In this document: positions 36,931 through 46,226 of the stretch, one piece after another
Position numbering within the stretch: position 1 is the stretch's first letter
Layout: every line of letters begins with the position of its first letter
Origin: an uncultured bacterium
GTDB taxonomy: Bacteria > Verrucomicrobiota > Verrucomicrobiia > Limisphaerales > UBA8199
Length of the DNA stretch: 64,000 nt
Direction of reading: 5' to 3'
Assembly: GCA_963749495.1 (NCBI GenBank)
Contig: CAVVMW010000023.1
Span: forward strand, 576,001-640,000
Position numbers and translations under genes: made by a program
Notes under the pieces: model-generated
What the model was told of the DNA's origin: nothing
Databases searched by the model: none
The model's input: the letters and a program-made list of their open reading frames with translations, nothing else

Positions 36931-37125
36931 TTAGAATCCTTGGTGTTGTTTCTGCTCGTCGTGGTTTACATCCCAGCCAAGCGCCGTAAAGAATTTGTCG
37001 ATGAAGTCCTTCCGCACTTCCGATTCTTGATAATGTGGGGAAAGATAATGGCCCTTGTTGGCATCGAAGTCGGCTGCCAAGCCCTTCACCTTTTCAAAGG
37101 CTTCTTCAAATGAAGGCGGTTTCAT
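36931..37125 (-). pseudogene. N-terminal stump of a type IIG-like restriction-modification enzyme
   Basis: YQESEVRKDFIDKFFTALGWDV, the start of an HSDR_N-type nuclease domain, ending after 64 aa. Confidence 0.75.
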
Positions 37126-37639
37126 CGCCAGTATTTCTACAAAGAAACGACTGCAACTGCAAGCCCCATGGAGACGGAACCTCGTAGCTGTGGATAATCG
37201 CCAGCATGACTGGCCTGTTCATCGTCGCCGTCCAGTCCAGGTTCACGAGACCTGCCCTTCGCCCACCATTGGCTCTTCAGGGCCCTTGCTGCCGTCTGCT
37301 CCTGCCTTGATGTCCGTTGACCAGCGGCGAGGTCCGAGGCCAAGGTGGATGGAGCGGCCGAGCTCAGTGCTGATTGTGAGGATGGAGGCAGCGCCGGGTG
37401 ACTCCTTTATTGGCTCGCCCTTGAAGCGTGGACGGGCTCAGGAGCGATTCTGGCGGCCGGGAGGCAGGAAGGGAGAGCCTGGAGGTTGGCGAGCGGAGGA
37501 AGGGGCGGCGGCGGCGGATAAAGGGGATATGCCTGGGATGTCTAAACGATGTTCTTTGGCTGGTGACCATCGCCCTTCAAGAAACCCCAATGTTTACAGG
37601 GGTTTTAAGCGTCTAACCGCCAGACCTGTCTAACCGATA

Positions 37640-37925
37640 CTTCTTGCCGTAGTAGTCCGTCCAGGTGATAGCGCGCGGCGCCCAGGCCGGGTTCGAGCTG
37701 GGGGCGTTGTCGCCATTGGGCTCGGCAGGGCGCGTATCGAGCACGTTGACCCGGACATCGACTTCGCCAAAACCGCGGCTGATCCGGAAGCGGCGTCCGC
37801 CCAGCAGGAAATCCTCGTTGGTATGGGAGCGGCAGGCGGTGAACGGAAACCGGCTCAGGATGGCCACGTGGATGTTGGTGTCGAAACCGGCCACGTGCTC
37901 CTTGTAAGGCAAGTCGAGGCCCCGG
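37640..37925 (-). pseudogene. Endonuclease/exonuclease/phosphatase-family fragment with internal deletion
   Basis: HVAILSRFP, SRGFGEVDV and WTDYYGK segments with most of the domain missing. Confidence 0.55.
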
Positions 37926-37970
37926 GCCATTTGCCGGCCAGTCCCGTCCCGGGTTCGCTGAGCGGCTTTG

Positions 37971-38207
37971 TTTTCCGCGTATTCCGCGTATTCCGCGGTT
38001 GCCCTCAGTCGCCATAGCCGTATCGGCCCCGCTCCGCCACGATGCGCTCAATTTGGACCTTGGGATAATGGCCAAAGTTGACCAACAGCGCGAGCTTGAA
38101 CTTGGTCGCCTTGAGGGAGTTTTGAATAAGATTGGTTTTCATGGCCGGCGAGGCAAGCAAAGCTCCGAAGAAGAATGAACCGCGGAATACGCGGAATACG
38201 CGGAAAA
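37971..38207. repeat. Perfect 30-bp inverted repeat of 9-bp units flanking a GxxExxY fragment
   Basis: TTTTCCGCGTATTCCGCGTATTCCGCGGTT (37971-38000) and its exact reverse complement (38178-38207). Confidence 0.9.
38005..38130 (-). pseudogene. GxxExxY (PD-(D/E)xK) protein C-terminal fragment
   Basis: Manual translation NSLKATKFKLALLVNFGHYPKVQIERI...*; not in the ORF track. Confidence 0.8.
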
Positions 38208-38294
38208 AAATGAACAGGTCTAATGCTTACTATTTTGTCCCGCACTCGATCTGGTCTCTGGCGTTTTCCACTTGGTTCCGGGAGCGGATGGGTT

Positions 38295-39152
38295 ATGCTG
38301 AAGGCGATGACGCCGAAGACCGCACCTGCGATTGCCGCCGCTGAGGGCGCGCCTGGGGCGCGGCTTTGCACATGCCGCTCCCTTGATAAGGGCCAGGCCG
38401 GATTTACCCTCATTGAACTGCTGGTGGTCATCGCCATCATCGCCATCCTGGCGGCGATGCTCCTGCCCGCGCTGGGGAAGGCCAAGGCGGCGGCACAACG
38501 GACCGCCTGCATGAACGATCTCAAACAACTGGGCGTATCCGTGCGCCTGTATGTTGAGGACTTCGCCTGCTACCCTCCCCGCCCCATCTCTGGCGACACC
38601 GCCCACTGGCCGGCGGCCTTGTTCGGCTACTACCGGAACACCAACCTGCTGGTTTGCCCTTCGGAATTGGCACTCTACGGCAAGCTCCCGGGCAACAACG
38701 CCGCCGGCGGCACTGACTATCCCTACTATCAGGCCGACAATGCCGCCTGCAGCTATATCATGAACGGCTGGAATGACGCCTTTCCAAATGATTGGCAGGC
38801 CAAAACCATCTCCATGAAAGAGAGCCAAATGCTCAAGCCGGCGGAAACCATCATTATAGGGGAGCGCAGGCACTCGGATCAGGACGACTTCTGGATGGAC
38901 ATTTTTGAAAACGAAAATGGCGGGATGAATAATCTCATTTACGGCGTCCAGCACGCGCGTCACGGCGGCCATAAACCCTCTCCCTCCGGCGGTTCCAACT
39001 ATCTCTATGGCAACGCCGGGGTGCGTTACCGGAAATTCGCCTTGGACGCCTTTCCCGTTAACCAGTGGGTCTCCGGCACCGACCAGGCTCGCCTCCAGCA
39101 AGCCATCCCGCTGTCGCAGCTCCTCAATTCCCCCGGCCTGGGCCGTGATTAG
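38295..39152 (+). CDS. Prepilin-type N-terminal cleavage/methylation protein
   Basis: [43 protein letters not shown]; start uncertain. Confidence 0.9.
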   Translation: MLKAMTPKTAPAIAAAEGAPGARLCTCRSLDKGQAGFTLIELLVVIAIIAILAAMLLPALGKAKAAAQRTACMNDLKQLGVSVRLYVEDFACYPPRPISGDTAHWPAALFGYYRNTNLLVCPSELALYGKLPGNNAAGGTDYPYYQADNAACSYIMNGWNDAFPNDWQAKTISMKESQMLKPAETIIIGERRHSDQDDFWMDIFENENGGMNNLIYGVQHARHGGHKPSPSGGSNYLYGNAGVRYRKFALDAFPVNQWVSGTDQARLQQAIPLSQLLNSPGLGRD

Positions 39153-39200
39153 GGGCGGTGCCGGATTCTTTCACTTGACAGTGACTCCAAGAAGAAGCCG

Positions 39201-40259
39201 TCACATCTCAACATTTGACAATTGCGATTCAATGCCCCGCAATTCGCGCCGCAACCCTGTCTCCTTTTCCAGCCGTTTGCCGAACCGGCTCACCGCCTGC
39301 CCCACCGCCGCGTAGTCCATGTCCCCCGCCAAGCGACCCAACTGCGCCAGGCCCAACCGCGCCTGCCGCCGCCCTAGCCACAGCGCCGCGTCGCGTCCCC
39401 AATCACCGTGCCGGCCGCTGAACTCAGCCCAGCTCTGTCCCTTGGCCCGCTCCAAGGCCGAAACGATCTGGCACCACGCCACCGGCCGGCTTAGCCCCTT
39501 GAGTTGCGCCTGCTCCCGGGGGTTGCCGCCACTCTCCTGGCGCAGACGCCGCGCAAAAGCCTCCGTACCCAGCACGATGCCCGCAACCAGCCGGTCCCAG
39601 GGCCGTGCGACGGCGCCTTCCCTCACAGCCTGCTCCGTGTACTCCCGCAACGCCGCCCGGCGCTCCGCCTCAGTGTGGCCGCCGCACAACCGCGCCAGCG
39701 GCTCCGCGCACACCCAGGCCAAACCAGCGCTGTAACCGGCATAGCCCCGGTAAGAGCTCCACTCAAACTCACGCAAGAGTCGGAGCCTCTCAGCCAGGGC
39801 TTCCGGGCTGGGCCTGGGAACCGGAACCACGCCCGCGCGCCCAGCGGCGCGCCCCCGCTTGTCCAACCCCATCCCTGCGACCCGCGCCGGGTTCAGGTGA
39901 ACGTAACGGGCCACTTCCTGCCAACCAGCATTGTCCTCCACCACCACCGCCCGGAAGCGCCCTTGGAACAAATGCCCCGCCCGATGATGGCGCCGGTTAA
40001 ACCATCCGCTGTAGCTCACGCCCAGCCACTGCATCGCCCGGCTCAGGTTGGCCTCGGGCGTCTCCAGCAGCAGGTGAAAATGATTGTCCATCAGGACATA
40101 GGCGTGAACTCTGGCTCCGAAGCGCTCGCCCAGGTCCGCCAGCAACTCCAAAAAATGGAAACGGTCCGCATCCTCGCGGAAAATGGGCTTGCGTTCGTTG
40201 CCACGGACGGTGACGTGGCAGCGGCCGCCGGGCCGCTCGATGCGCAATGCGCGTGCCAT
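39201..40259 (-). CDS. Y1 (IS200/RAYT-like) HUH transposase with C-terminal DnaA-C-like HTH
   Basis: HVTVRGN, LMDNHFHLL (HUH), GHLFQGRF, RYVHLNP, WSSY; GRDAALWL..DYAAV tail. Confidence 0.9.
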   Translation of the reverse strand: MARALRIERPGGRCHVTVRGNERKPIFREDADRFHFLELLADLGERFGARVHAYVLMDNHFHLLLETPEANLSRAMQWLGVSYSGWFNRRHHRAGHLFQGRFRAVVVEDNAGWQEVARYVHLNPARVAGMGLDKRGRAAGRAGVVPVPRPSPEALAERLRLLREFEWSSYRGYAGYSAGLAWVCAEPLARLCGGHTEAERRAALREYTEQAVREGAVARPWDRLVAGIVLGTEAFARRLRQESGGNPREQAQLKGLSRPVAWCQIVSALERAKGQSWAEFSGRHGDWGRDAALWLGRRQARLGLAQLGRLAGDMDYAAVGQAVSRFGKRLEKETGLRRELRGIESQLSNVEM

Positions 40260-40314
40260 GACGCGAGCAGAGCAGCGCCACAGGGCAAGGTCAAGCCCAA
40301 ATGTCAAATGTTGA

Positions 40315-40480
40315 TTCTGCTGAAAAACCCCTCTGATCAAAAAGAGACAGTGAAAAAGACCATGTCTGATGTATCCCTCGGTCATTCAAATCGCGTACAG
40401 ACCAAATTAGCGCGTAAGAATTCCCGACACTTTTCATGCACCTCCGCTTATCTCCAAAAACAGGGGGTTTTTCTGCGGAA
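40315..40480. mobile_element. About 166-bp MITE inserted in the TIR of the Y1 element
   Basis: Imperfect TIRs TTCTGCTGAAAAACCCC / GGGGTTTTTCTGCGGAA; TCAAATGTTGA on both sides. Confidence 0.8.
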
Positions 40481-40506
40481 TCAAATGTTGAGATGTGACC
40501 CCTGTC

Positions 40507-43500
40507 TCATTCAAGGGTCATCGCCACGAGCACGTAGGATGCGTTGCCCTTGGTTGAAAGCAGGTCAACCTGTGAGATCTCCCAGTCAGGATGGGGGTTT
40601 GGCCAGGTGTATTCGAAGAGGCGGACGCACTTCTGGACTGAATTGGCGAGTGGATCGGCCCCGATCCAAGCCACCTGAGCCTGCTTCGGGGCAAACGGCC
40701 ATGAAGACCAGTCGCACGCAATCTGCACCAGGTCCTGGATGGTGATCTTTTCGATCTGACCGTTGGCGTATTTAACCAGCACGGACGCCATGGCCTGACC
40801 TTCGATTGCATCAGCCCATCTGGCGGTGTGCAACAGGTGCATCCTCTCGCAACGTTGGTGAACCTTGAGGCCGGCCACCTGTTCCGGCCCGTGGATGCCG
40901 TTCAGCTCGGCCTTCCGGCCGAATAATGTCACGACACCACGCACATCGAAACGGACTCCGGCCAACGTCTGCAAACCCACTCGGACTCCCTCCATCACCG
41001 GCCCGGTGTAGCAATCGGTCAAGTCAATCATGCGCGGGCCGGCTTGGGGGTCACGTGGTGGAATGGCGCGGCGCCGTTCGCTGTAACTCCGCGCTGACTC
41101 CGACGCTTTGGCCAGACACTTCAAGGCATACTCATGCCGCTCGGCGAACTCGAGGTTGGCGGGTTGCGCGGCTCGAAGCCTCTGCCAGTGAAACGCGGCA
41201 GCAGGCCAATCCCGCGCTCCTTGCGCCGCTTCGGCCTCGAGCCGGTGCCAGGCCAGGCAATCCACCGCGGAACCGCGGAAAAGGCCGGGGTATTTCGGAC
41301 TCAGCCTTTCCCAAGCCGGGGCGAGTTCCTCGAACTTGAGCGAGGTCCAGCCGCCGGTCCCATCCAGGCGGCTGCCGGAAAGAAGCTGGGCCAATTCGGC
41401 CGCGTCGGCGGGAGGCAAACCGGCCAATGGAAGTTTGACATTCTTGAACTCGTTCTCGTCGAGGGTATAGCGGCTGGGAATCAGCGGGGTGATGGGGGCG
41501 CCGGACGCGGCCTCCCAAACCTGCACCCTGGCCATTTCGCCTTCGACGATCACGAACCGGCTGGTGGCATCGAACCACATCTGCACGGGCACTGTCTTGA
41601 GGCTCATCGGGTGCAGCGGGACGTTCAAAGCGCCGGCCATGCTTTGCACGCGAATCAGGTTGTTCATTGCCTTGGAGAGAAAAACTCTTCCACGGGAGGC
41701 GACCTCAGCGGGCGACCCGCGCAACGGCCTCAATGACACTGGAGGTGACGGTTCCTGACGCAGGTCCCACACACAAGCGAGGAATTCCGGGTGCACGGTG
41801 AGGAAGTAACGCCCGCTGCCACTGAACGCGCTCACATCCGCAGAGGCGGCGTGACTGATCGACGGCGTGAGGGGTTGGCCTGTGTCGGCATCCCACACGC
41901 GCGCCAGGTTGTCCTCGGACGCCGTTGCCACGCGGCGGCCATCCGGGCTGAACTCACAGCGGCGCACCGCCTGGTCATGTGGCAGCGGCGGCGTGAGGGG
42001 CTGGCCGGTTGCGGTGTCCCAAATCCGCGCGGTCCGGTCGCGGCTGGCGGTCAGGAGCCGATCGCCGTTAGGACTGAAAGTTGCCCACATAAGCCACCAT
42101 GGATGCACCAACGGCTCGCCGATGGGAGCGGTTTGGAGTCTTGGCCCGGAGCCGGTTGCCGCCGGGACACCAAAGCCTGAACGATCATCCCCCCATTTCG
42201 AAATTCGCCCGCCGATCAACGCCACGTTTGCCTTCTGGCTGAAGTAGAAGGTGTTCATGGCCTCGGCGCCGCTCACCGGAAACGGCACGGCCTCTCCAGT
42301 GCTGGTGTCCCAAGCAAGGCAAACGAGGTCATTCGCGTCGCACGTAAACAGCCGGGTTCCGTCAGCGCTGAATTGCGCGCGCACGAGCTGATTCGCACGG
42401 ACCATGCGGGCCCCAATCGGTTTTCCCGTGACCACGTCCCACATCTGAAGTTCCTTCTCTTTGGGTTGTGTCATCAGTTTCTTGCCGCTCGGATCAAAGA
42501 CCGGCGCGAAGGCGCTGTTGTCCGCGCCTTCCATGCGGTGGGGCAAGGCGTCGATTACCTGAGCGCCGGTTGCGGGATCGAGCAAGCGGGCGGTATTGTC
42601 CACCAGCACGAGCAGCAGGCGCGCGCCGTCGGGGCTGAAGGAAAGGGCGATGGGCAACGCCGAGAGCGGCTTGGTTTTCATGAGCGGCTTGCCGCTCGGT
42701 ATTTCCCACACGCGCGCGGTCCGGTCTGAGCCGATGGTAGCGAGGCGGTCGTCGGTGGGACTGAAGGCGGCGCTGGCGATGGGCCGCCCATCGTGCGAGA
42801 TGAGCTGGACCAGCCTGGGGCATTGGGCGAGCACGGCGGCGATGCGCATCTGATGGATTTCCTGGCGCGCCGGTATTGCCTTATCGATCTCGAGCGCATC
42901 GGCGAACCAGAGGAGGGATTTGAAATAATCGCCGGCCTGCATGAGTTGCACGCCATTGAGGACGCGGAGTTGGGCCAACTCGCGCCGGTGCTCCTCGCTT
43001 TTGGCCTGGACGCGGCGCAGTTGGGTGAGCACGCCCGCCAATCCGAGCAGGAACACCAGCACCAGGCTGGCGGCCAGGGCCGCGATGACTGGCTTGCGCC
43101 GGCACCACCGCCAGGCCTTCTCGGTGGCGCCGGCGGGCCGTGCCAGGATCGGTTCATCGCGCAAGAAGCGGCCCATTTCATCGGCCAGTTCTTGCGCGCT
43201 CTGGTATCGGCGGCGGGGTTCTTTTTCGAGGCACTTGAGGCAAATGGTTTCGAGATCAGCCGGCGCGCTCGGGTTGAGCAAGCGCGGCCGCATGGCGTCC
43301 TGATGAATGACCTGGTCCACCGTGTCGGCCATCGTCTGCCCGACAAAGGGCGGACGGCCCGCGAGCAAGTGATAAAGAACGGCCCCCAGCGAATACACGT
43401 CGCTGGCGCGGCTCACCTCGCCCGGGTGGACGCCCGCCTGCTCGGGTGGCATGTAGTTTGGGGAGCCGAGAACCTCGCCCGACAGAGTGGGTGCGGAGTG

Positions 43501-44166
43501 CGGAGTGCGGAGTGCGGAATCTTCCAGCCGCTTGGCCAGACCGAAATCGGTGACATGCGGGACATTCAGCGCATCGATCAGGATATTCGAGGGTTTGATA
43601 TCGCGGTGCAGAATACCCTGTTCGTGGGCGTAATGGATGGCTTCGGCAACGGCTTTGACCCATTCCGCGGCCTGGCGGGGTGGAACGGGCTTCGCGCGCG
43701 CCATCTCGGTGAGGTTCTTGCCCTCGATGTAGTCCATCGAGAAATAATGAAAGCCCTCGTGCTGGCCGACCTCGTGTACGCCCACGATGCCCGGGTGGCG
43801 CAAATGCGCCGCCGCTTCCGCCTCGGCCTTGAACCGTTGCGTCGCGCCTTTCCCGGCGAACTGCCCTGCCAGGATCACCTTTACCGCGACGATGCGATTC
43901 AGGCTGGCCTGCCGCGCCTTATAGACGACCCCCATGCCCCCGCGCGCGATCTCCTCCAACAATTCATAGTCGCCAAAATAGGCGAGGCGCGGGGGCAGCG
44001 GGCTTGGCGCCTGTTGCTCCCCAGTGCCTTGCCCCGGGACAGCCGGCGCAGCGTCGTTCTCCGGCGCGCCCAGACCCCACTCCAGGAGGCAGCTCGGGCA
44101 CAGACCATCCGCCGCGTTGTCCGGCAGCGGCCGTCCGCACTCGTTGCACAGGCCCGCGCGCTTCAT
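40507..44166 (-). CDS. Hanks-type Ser/Thr kinase with TM, WD40 repeats and C-terminal beta-sandwich domain
   Basis: CxxC..CxxC N-terminus, GGMGVVY, VAVK, HRDIKPSN, DFG, YMPPEQ; WD40 repeats. Confidence 0.95.
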   Translation of the reverse strand: MKRAGLCNECGRPLPDNAADGLCPSCLLEWGLGAPENDAAPAVPGQGTGEQQAPSPLPPRLAYFGDYELLEEIARGGMGVVYKARQASLNRIVAVKVILAGQFAGKGATQRFKAEAEAAAHLRHPGIVGVHEVGQHEGFHYFSMDYIEGKNLTEMARAKPVPPRQAAEWVKAVAEAIHYAHEQGILHRDIKPSNILIDALNVPHVTDFGLAKRLEDSALRTPHSAPTLSGEVLGSPNYMPPEQAGVHPGEVSRASDVYSLGAVLYHLLAGRPPFVGQTMADTVDQVIHQDAMRPRLLNPSAPADLETICLKCLEKEPRRRYQSAQELADEMGRFLRDEPILARPAGATEKAWRWCRRKPVIAALAASLVLVFLLGLAGVLTQLRRVQAKSEEHRRELAQLRVLNGVQLMQAGDYFKSLLWFADALEIDKAIPARQEIHQMRIAAVLAQCPRLVQLISHDGRPIASAAFSPTDDRLATIGSDRTARVWEIPSGKPLMKTKPLSALPIALSFSPDGARLLLVLVDNTARLLDPATGAQVIDALPHRMEGADNSAFAPVFDPSGKKLMTQPKEKELQMWDVVTGKPIGARMVRANQLVRAQFSADGTRLFTCDANDLVCLAWDTSTGEAVPFPVSGAEAMNTFYFSQKANVALIGGRISKWGDDRSGFGVPAATGSGPRLQTAPIGEPLVHPWWLMWATFSPNGDRLLTASRDRTARIWDTATGQPLTPPLPHDQAVRRCEFSPDGRRVATASEDNLARVWDADTGQPLTPSISHAASADVSAFSGSGRYFLTVHPEFLACVWDLRQEPSPPVSLRPLRGSPAEVASRGRVFLSKAMNNLIRVQSMAGALNVPLHPMSLKTVPVQMWFDATSRFVIVEGEMARVQVWEAASGAPITPLIPSRYTLDENEFKNVKLPLAGLPPADAAELAQLLSGSRLDGTGGWTSLKFEELAPAWERLSPKYPGLFRGSAVDCLAWHRLEAEAAQGARDWPAAAFHWQRLRAAQPANLEFAERHEYALKCLAKASESARSYSERRRAIPPRDPQAGPRMIDLTDCYTGPVMEGVRVGLQTLAGVRFDVRGVVTLFGRKAELNGIHGPEQVAGLKVHQRCERMHLLHTARWADAIEGQAMASVLVKYANGQIEKITIQDLVQIACDWSSWPFAPKQAQVAWIGADPLANSVQKCVRLFEYTWPNPHPDWEISQVDLLSTKGNASYVLVAMTLE

Positions 44167-44218
44167 ATTCTGCCCAAGGGTTCATGACCATTAGACCTGC
44201 GTTCGAAAGTAACCCGAC

Positions 44219-44288
44219 ACGAGGGACGAGGGGCGAGGGTCGAGGGGCCGAGGTCCCTTCCCTCGACCCTCGCCCCTCGTCCCTCGGG
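44219..44288. repeat. Hairpin made of 7-bp tandem units
   Basis: About 4x CGAGGG(A/G/T) followed by about 4x of the reverse complement. Confidence 0.8.
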
Positions 44289-44324
44289 TGTCTGGCTAGT
44301 TATGAACCGACGTCTAAACGTAAG

Positions 44325-44388
44325 TGAAAGAAACCCGGCAGAATGTTACAACGAACTTTTCCTGTAACAAAGTGAAAGATTTCCGTCA
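44325..44388. promoter_or_regulatory. Divergent pair of putative ECF-type promoters
   Basis: Minus strand TGTAAC-N15-TTTCA towards the kinase; plus strand TGTAAC-N15-CGTCA towards the pilin-like gene. Confidence 0.6.
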
Positions 44389-44448
44389 TCAGAACATTAG
44401 AAGCCACTGTAACCGGTCAATGATCGGGGAGACGGAGTGCCGGGCAGA

Positions 44449-44594
44449 CTCCTCACCCCGGCCCTCTCCCCTTCCAAAGGGGAGAGGGAGAGGCGTCGGC
44501 AGTCTCTAGAACTTGCGTACGTCTGTGGTCGCTCGAGCCGCTGCGGAGAATTCTCCCTCTCCCCATCCGATGGGGAGAGGGCCGGGGTGAGGGG
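44449..44594. repeat. REP-like double hairpin (CCCTCTCCCC...GGGGAGAGGG family)
   Basis: CCTCACCCCGGCCCTCTCCCC..GGGGAGAGGG and its inverted partner; second copy 57561-57708. Confidence 0.88.
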
Positions 44595-44685
44595 TCTGCC
44601 CCCGTGAGACTCCCCCCTTCACGGAGGCCTTACAAGTCGCTTGCGGCGGGTGATCGGAAAGTGGACAATGAACCTGGAGCGGATT

Positions 44686-45639
44686 ATGCAAGCACGCTCG
44701 CCGAATGCGGGACTTGAGCAACGGCCAACCCGGCGCGGAACGCGGAATTCGTTGTGCCAGCCGGCGGGGCGCCTTCGCCGCCATCACCGGCGAGGTCCAG
44801 GAATGCGGAGCGGCTTCACCTTGATCGAACTGCTGGTCGTCATCGCGATCATCGCGATTTTGGCGGGCCTGCTCCTGCCCGCGCTCTCGAAAGCCAAGGC
44901 CGGCGCCCAATCCGCAGCCTGCAAGAACAACCTCAAGCAGCTTCAGCTCGCGTGGCAGCTCTATGCCGACGACAACAAAGGCCATATCGTCGGAGACGAC
45001 GTTGGATTTCTTTCCGGCTACGCGCAGAATATGGACGGCTGGGTCTTGGGCAACGCCCAGTTTGACCAAACCGACGAGAACCTCAGGGCCGGCAAACTGT
45101 GGAAATACACATGCGCGACAGGGCTCTACCGCTGTCCCAGCGACCGGTCCACCGTGCGGGGTCGTCCCGATTTGCTTCGTTTCCGCAGCTACTCCGCAGA
45201 AATGACGCTCAATTTAGCGTTTGCTCCTGGAAGCGCCGGTGCGGGCGGCTGGTCACCGGGGGAGCTGCAGGCTGGATGCAACCTCCTCAGCGAGTTCAAT
45301 GCCTACGCCCCCGCAAGCAACTTTTGCTTTCTGGACGAGTCAGAGCAGTCAATTTGTAGTGGTGCATTTTACTTATGGAACGAGGGCGACTGGTTAGGCG
45401 GTCCGTGGGAATGGGGTGACCTGCCCGGAGAGCGCCATGGACGTGGCGCTAACTTGAGTTTTCTCGACGGTCATGTGGGGAGCCATCGGTGGCTCTACAC
45501 GCCGAAGCATCTCCTGGTTTACGGGGGGGTGCAGCCTTTTGCGAACAACCTGGACCAGCAGGATTTCATGTGGTTACTGGATCGGTCCCACGAAGGCCAG
45601 ATCCGCGAGAAAACCCTGGGCCTCCCCTTCCCCCCATAA
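44686..45639 (+). CDS. Prepilin-type N-terminal cleavage/methylation protein with H-X9-DG domain
   Basis: [39 protein letters not shown]; start could be 44668, 44686 or 44803. Confidence 0.9.
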   Translation: MQARSPNAGLEQRPTRRGTRNSLCQPAGRLRRHHRRGPGMRSGFTLIELLVVIAIIAILAGLLLPALSKAKAGAQSAACKNNLKQLQLAWQLYADDNKGHIVGDDVGFLSGYAQNMDGWVLGNAQFDQTDENLRAGKLWKYTCATGLYRCPSDRSTVRGRPDLLRFRSYSAEMTLNLAFAPGSAGAGGWSPGELQAGCNLLSEFNAYAPASNFCFLDESEQSICSGAFYLWNEGDWLGGPWEWGDLPGERHGRGANLSFLDGHVGSHRWLYTPKHLLVYGGVQPFANNLDQQDFMWLLDRSHEGQIREKTLGLPFPP

Positions 45640-45818
45640 CACGAAAGGCAAACCCGGCGATGAATCGCTGGGCTGGTATCTTCCGTCCGTTCAGGACTTG
45701 TCAGAGGCTTAAGGAGGGTTCTTCCGGAAAGGTCCTGCCCGCAAATAGGTGTGGCGCCTTCATCGGGTGACCCCCTGTTCCACGTCCCGGCCGCCTCCTC
45801 GGAGTCACCGGCGTAGCG

Positions 45819-46035
45819 CCTGCGTCGCGTAGCGACGCGCTGAAGGTAGCCGTGGACCTCGGTCCACGGGGTTGGGATGTGGGAATGGCCCCGCGTCGCG
45901 TAGCGACGCCTGAGGGTCTGGCGGTGGGCCAAATCGAATCCTGTTCTCAAGCGTCGCTACGCAACGCAGATGAGCTTGGGCCATGGATCCGTGGACTGGA
46001 AGTCCACGGCTACCATCAAGCACCGCTACGCGGTG
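45819..46035. repeat. Composite multi-hairpin REP-like element
   Basis: Repeated GCGTCGCGTAGCGACGC and CCGTGGAC..GTCCACGG hairpins in inverted arrangement. Confidence 0.8.
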
Positions 46036-46117
46036 ACGCGGGCTCCCGGCAAGCCCAGTATTGGTCCTCAGATTCCTTGGCCTTCATGACTCCAGGCAGC
46101 AGCTTCCCGGATGAGCC

Positions 46118-46168
46118 ACTTTTCCTGTAACAAAACGAAGGTTTTCCTTCATTACCACATTGGAAGCC
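46118..46168 (+). promoter_or_regulatory. Putative ECF-type promoter (third copy)
   Basis: ACTTTTCCTGTAACAAA..TTTCCTTCAT..ACATTGGAAGCC closely matches 44354-44405. Confidence 0.65.
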
Positions 46169-46226
46169 GATTCCGGCGGCTGGCGCGCCGGTCGGCGAAC
46201 CAGTTCAAAACGAAAGACCACAAACT

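Larger units (their letters stand above)
39198..40502 (-). mobile_element. TIR-flanked Y1/HUH transposase element (RAYT-related)
   Basis: Ends GTCACATCTCAACATTTGA / TCAAATGTTGAGATGTGAC enclosing one ORF. Confidence 0.85.

Noticed and set aside
32907..37640. Integron cassette array
   Set aside because: Isolated GCCTAAC/GTCTAAC motifs without paired attC hairpins, and no integron integrase in the window
40260..40385. 42-aa N-terminal extension of the Y1 transposase
   Set aside because: Derives from the TIR and inserted MITE; sister copies start at MARALR
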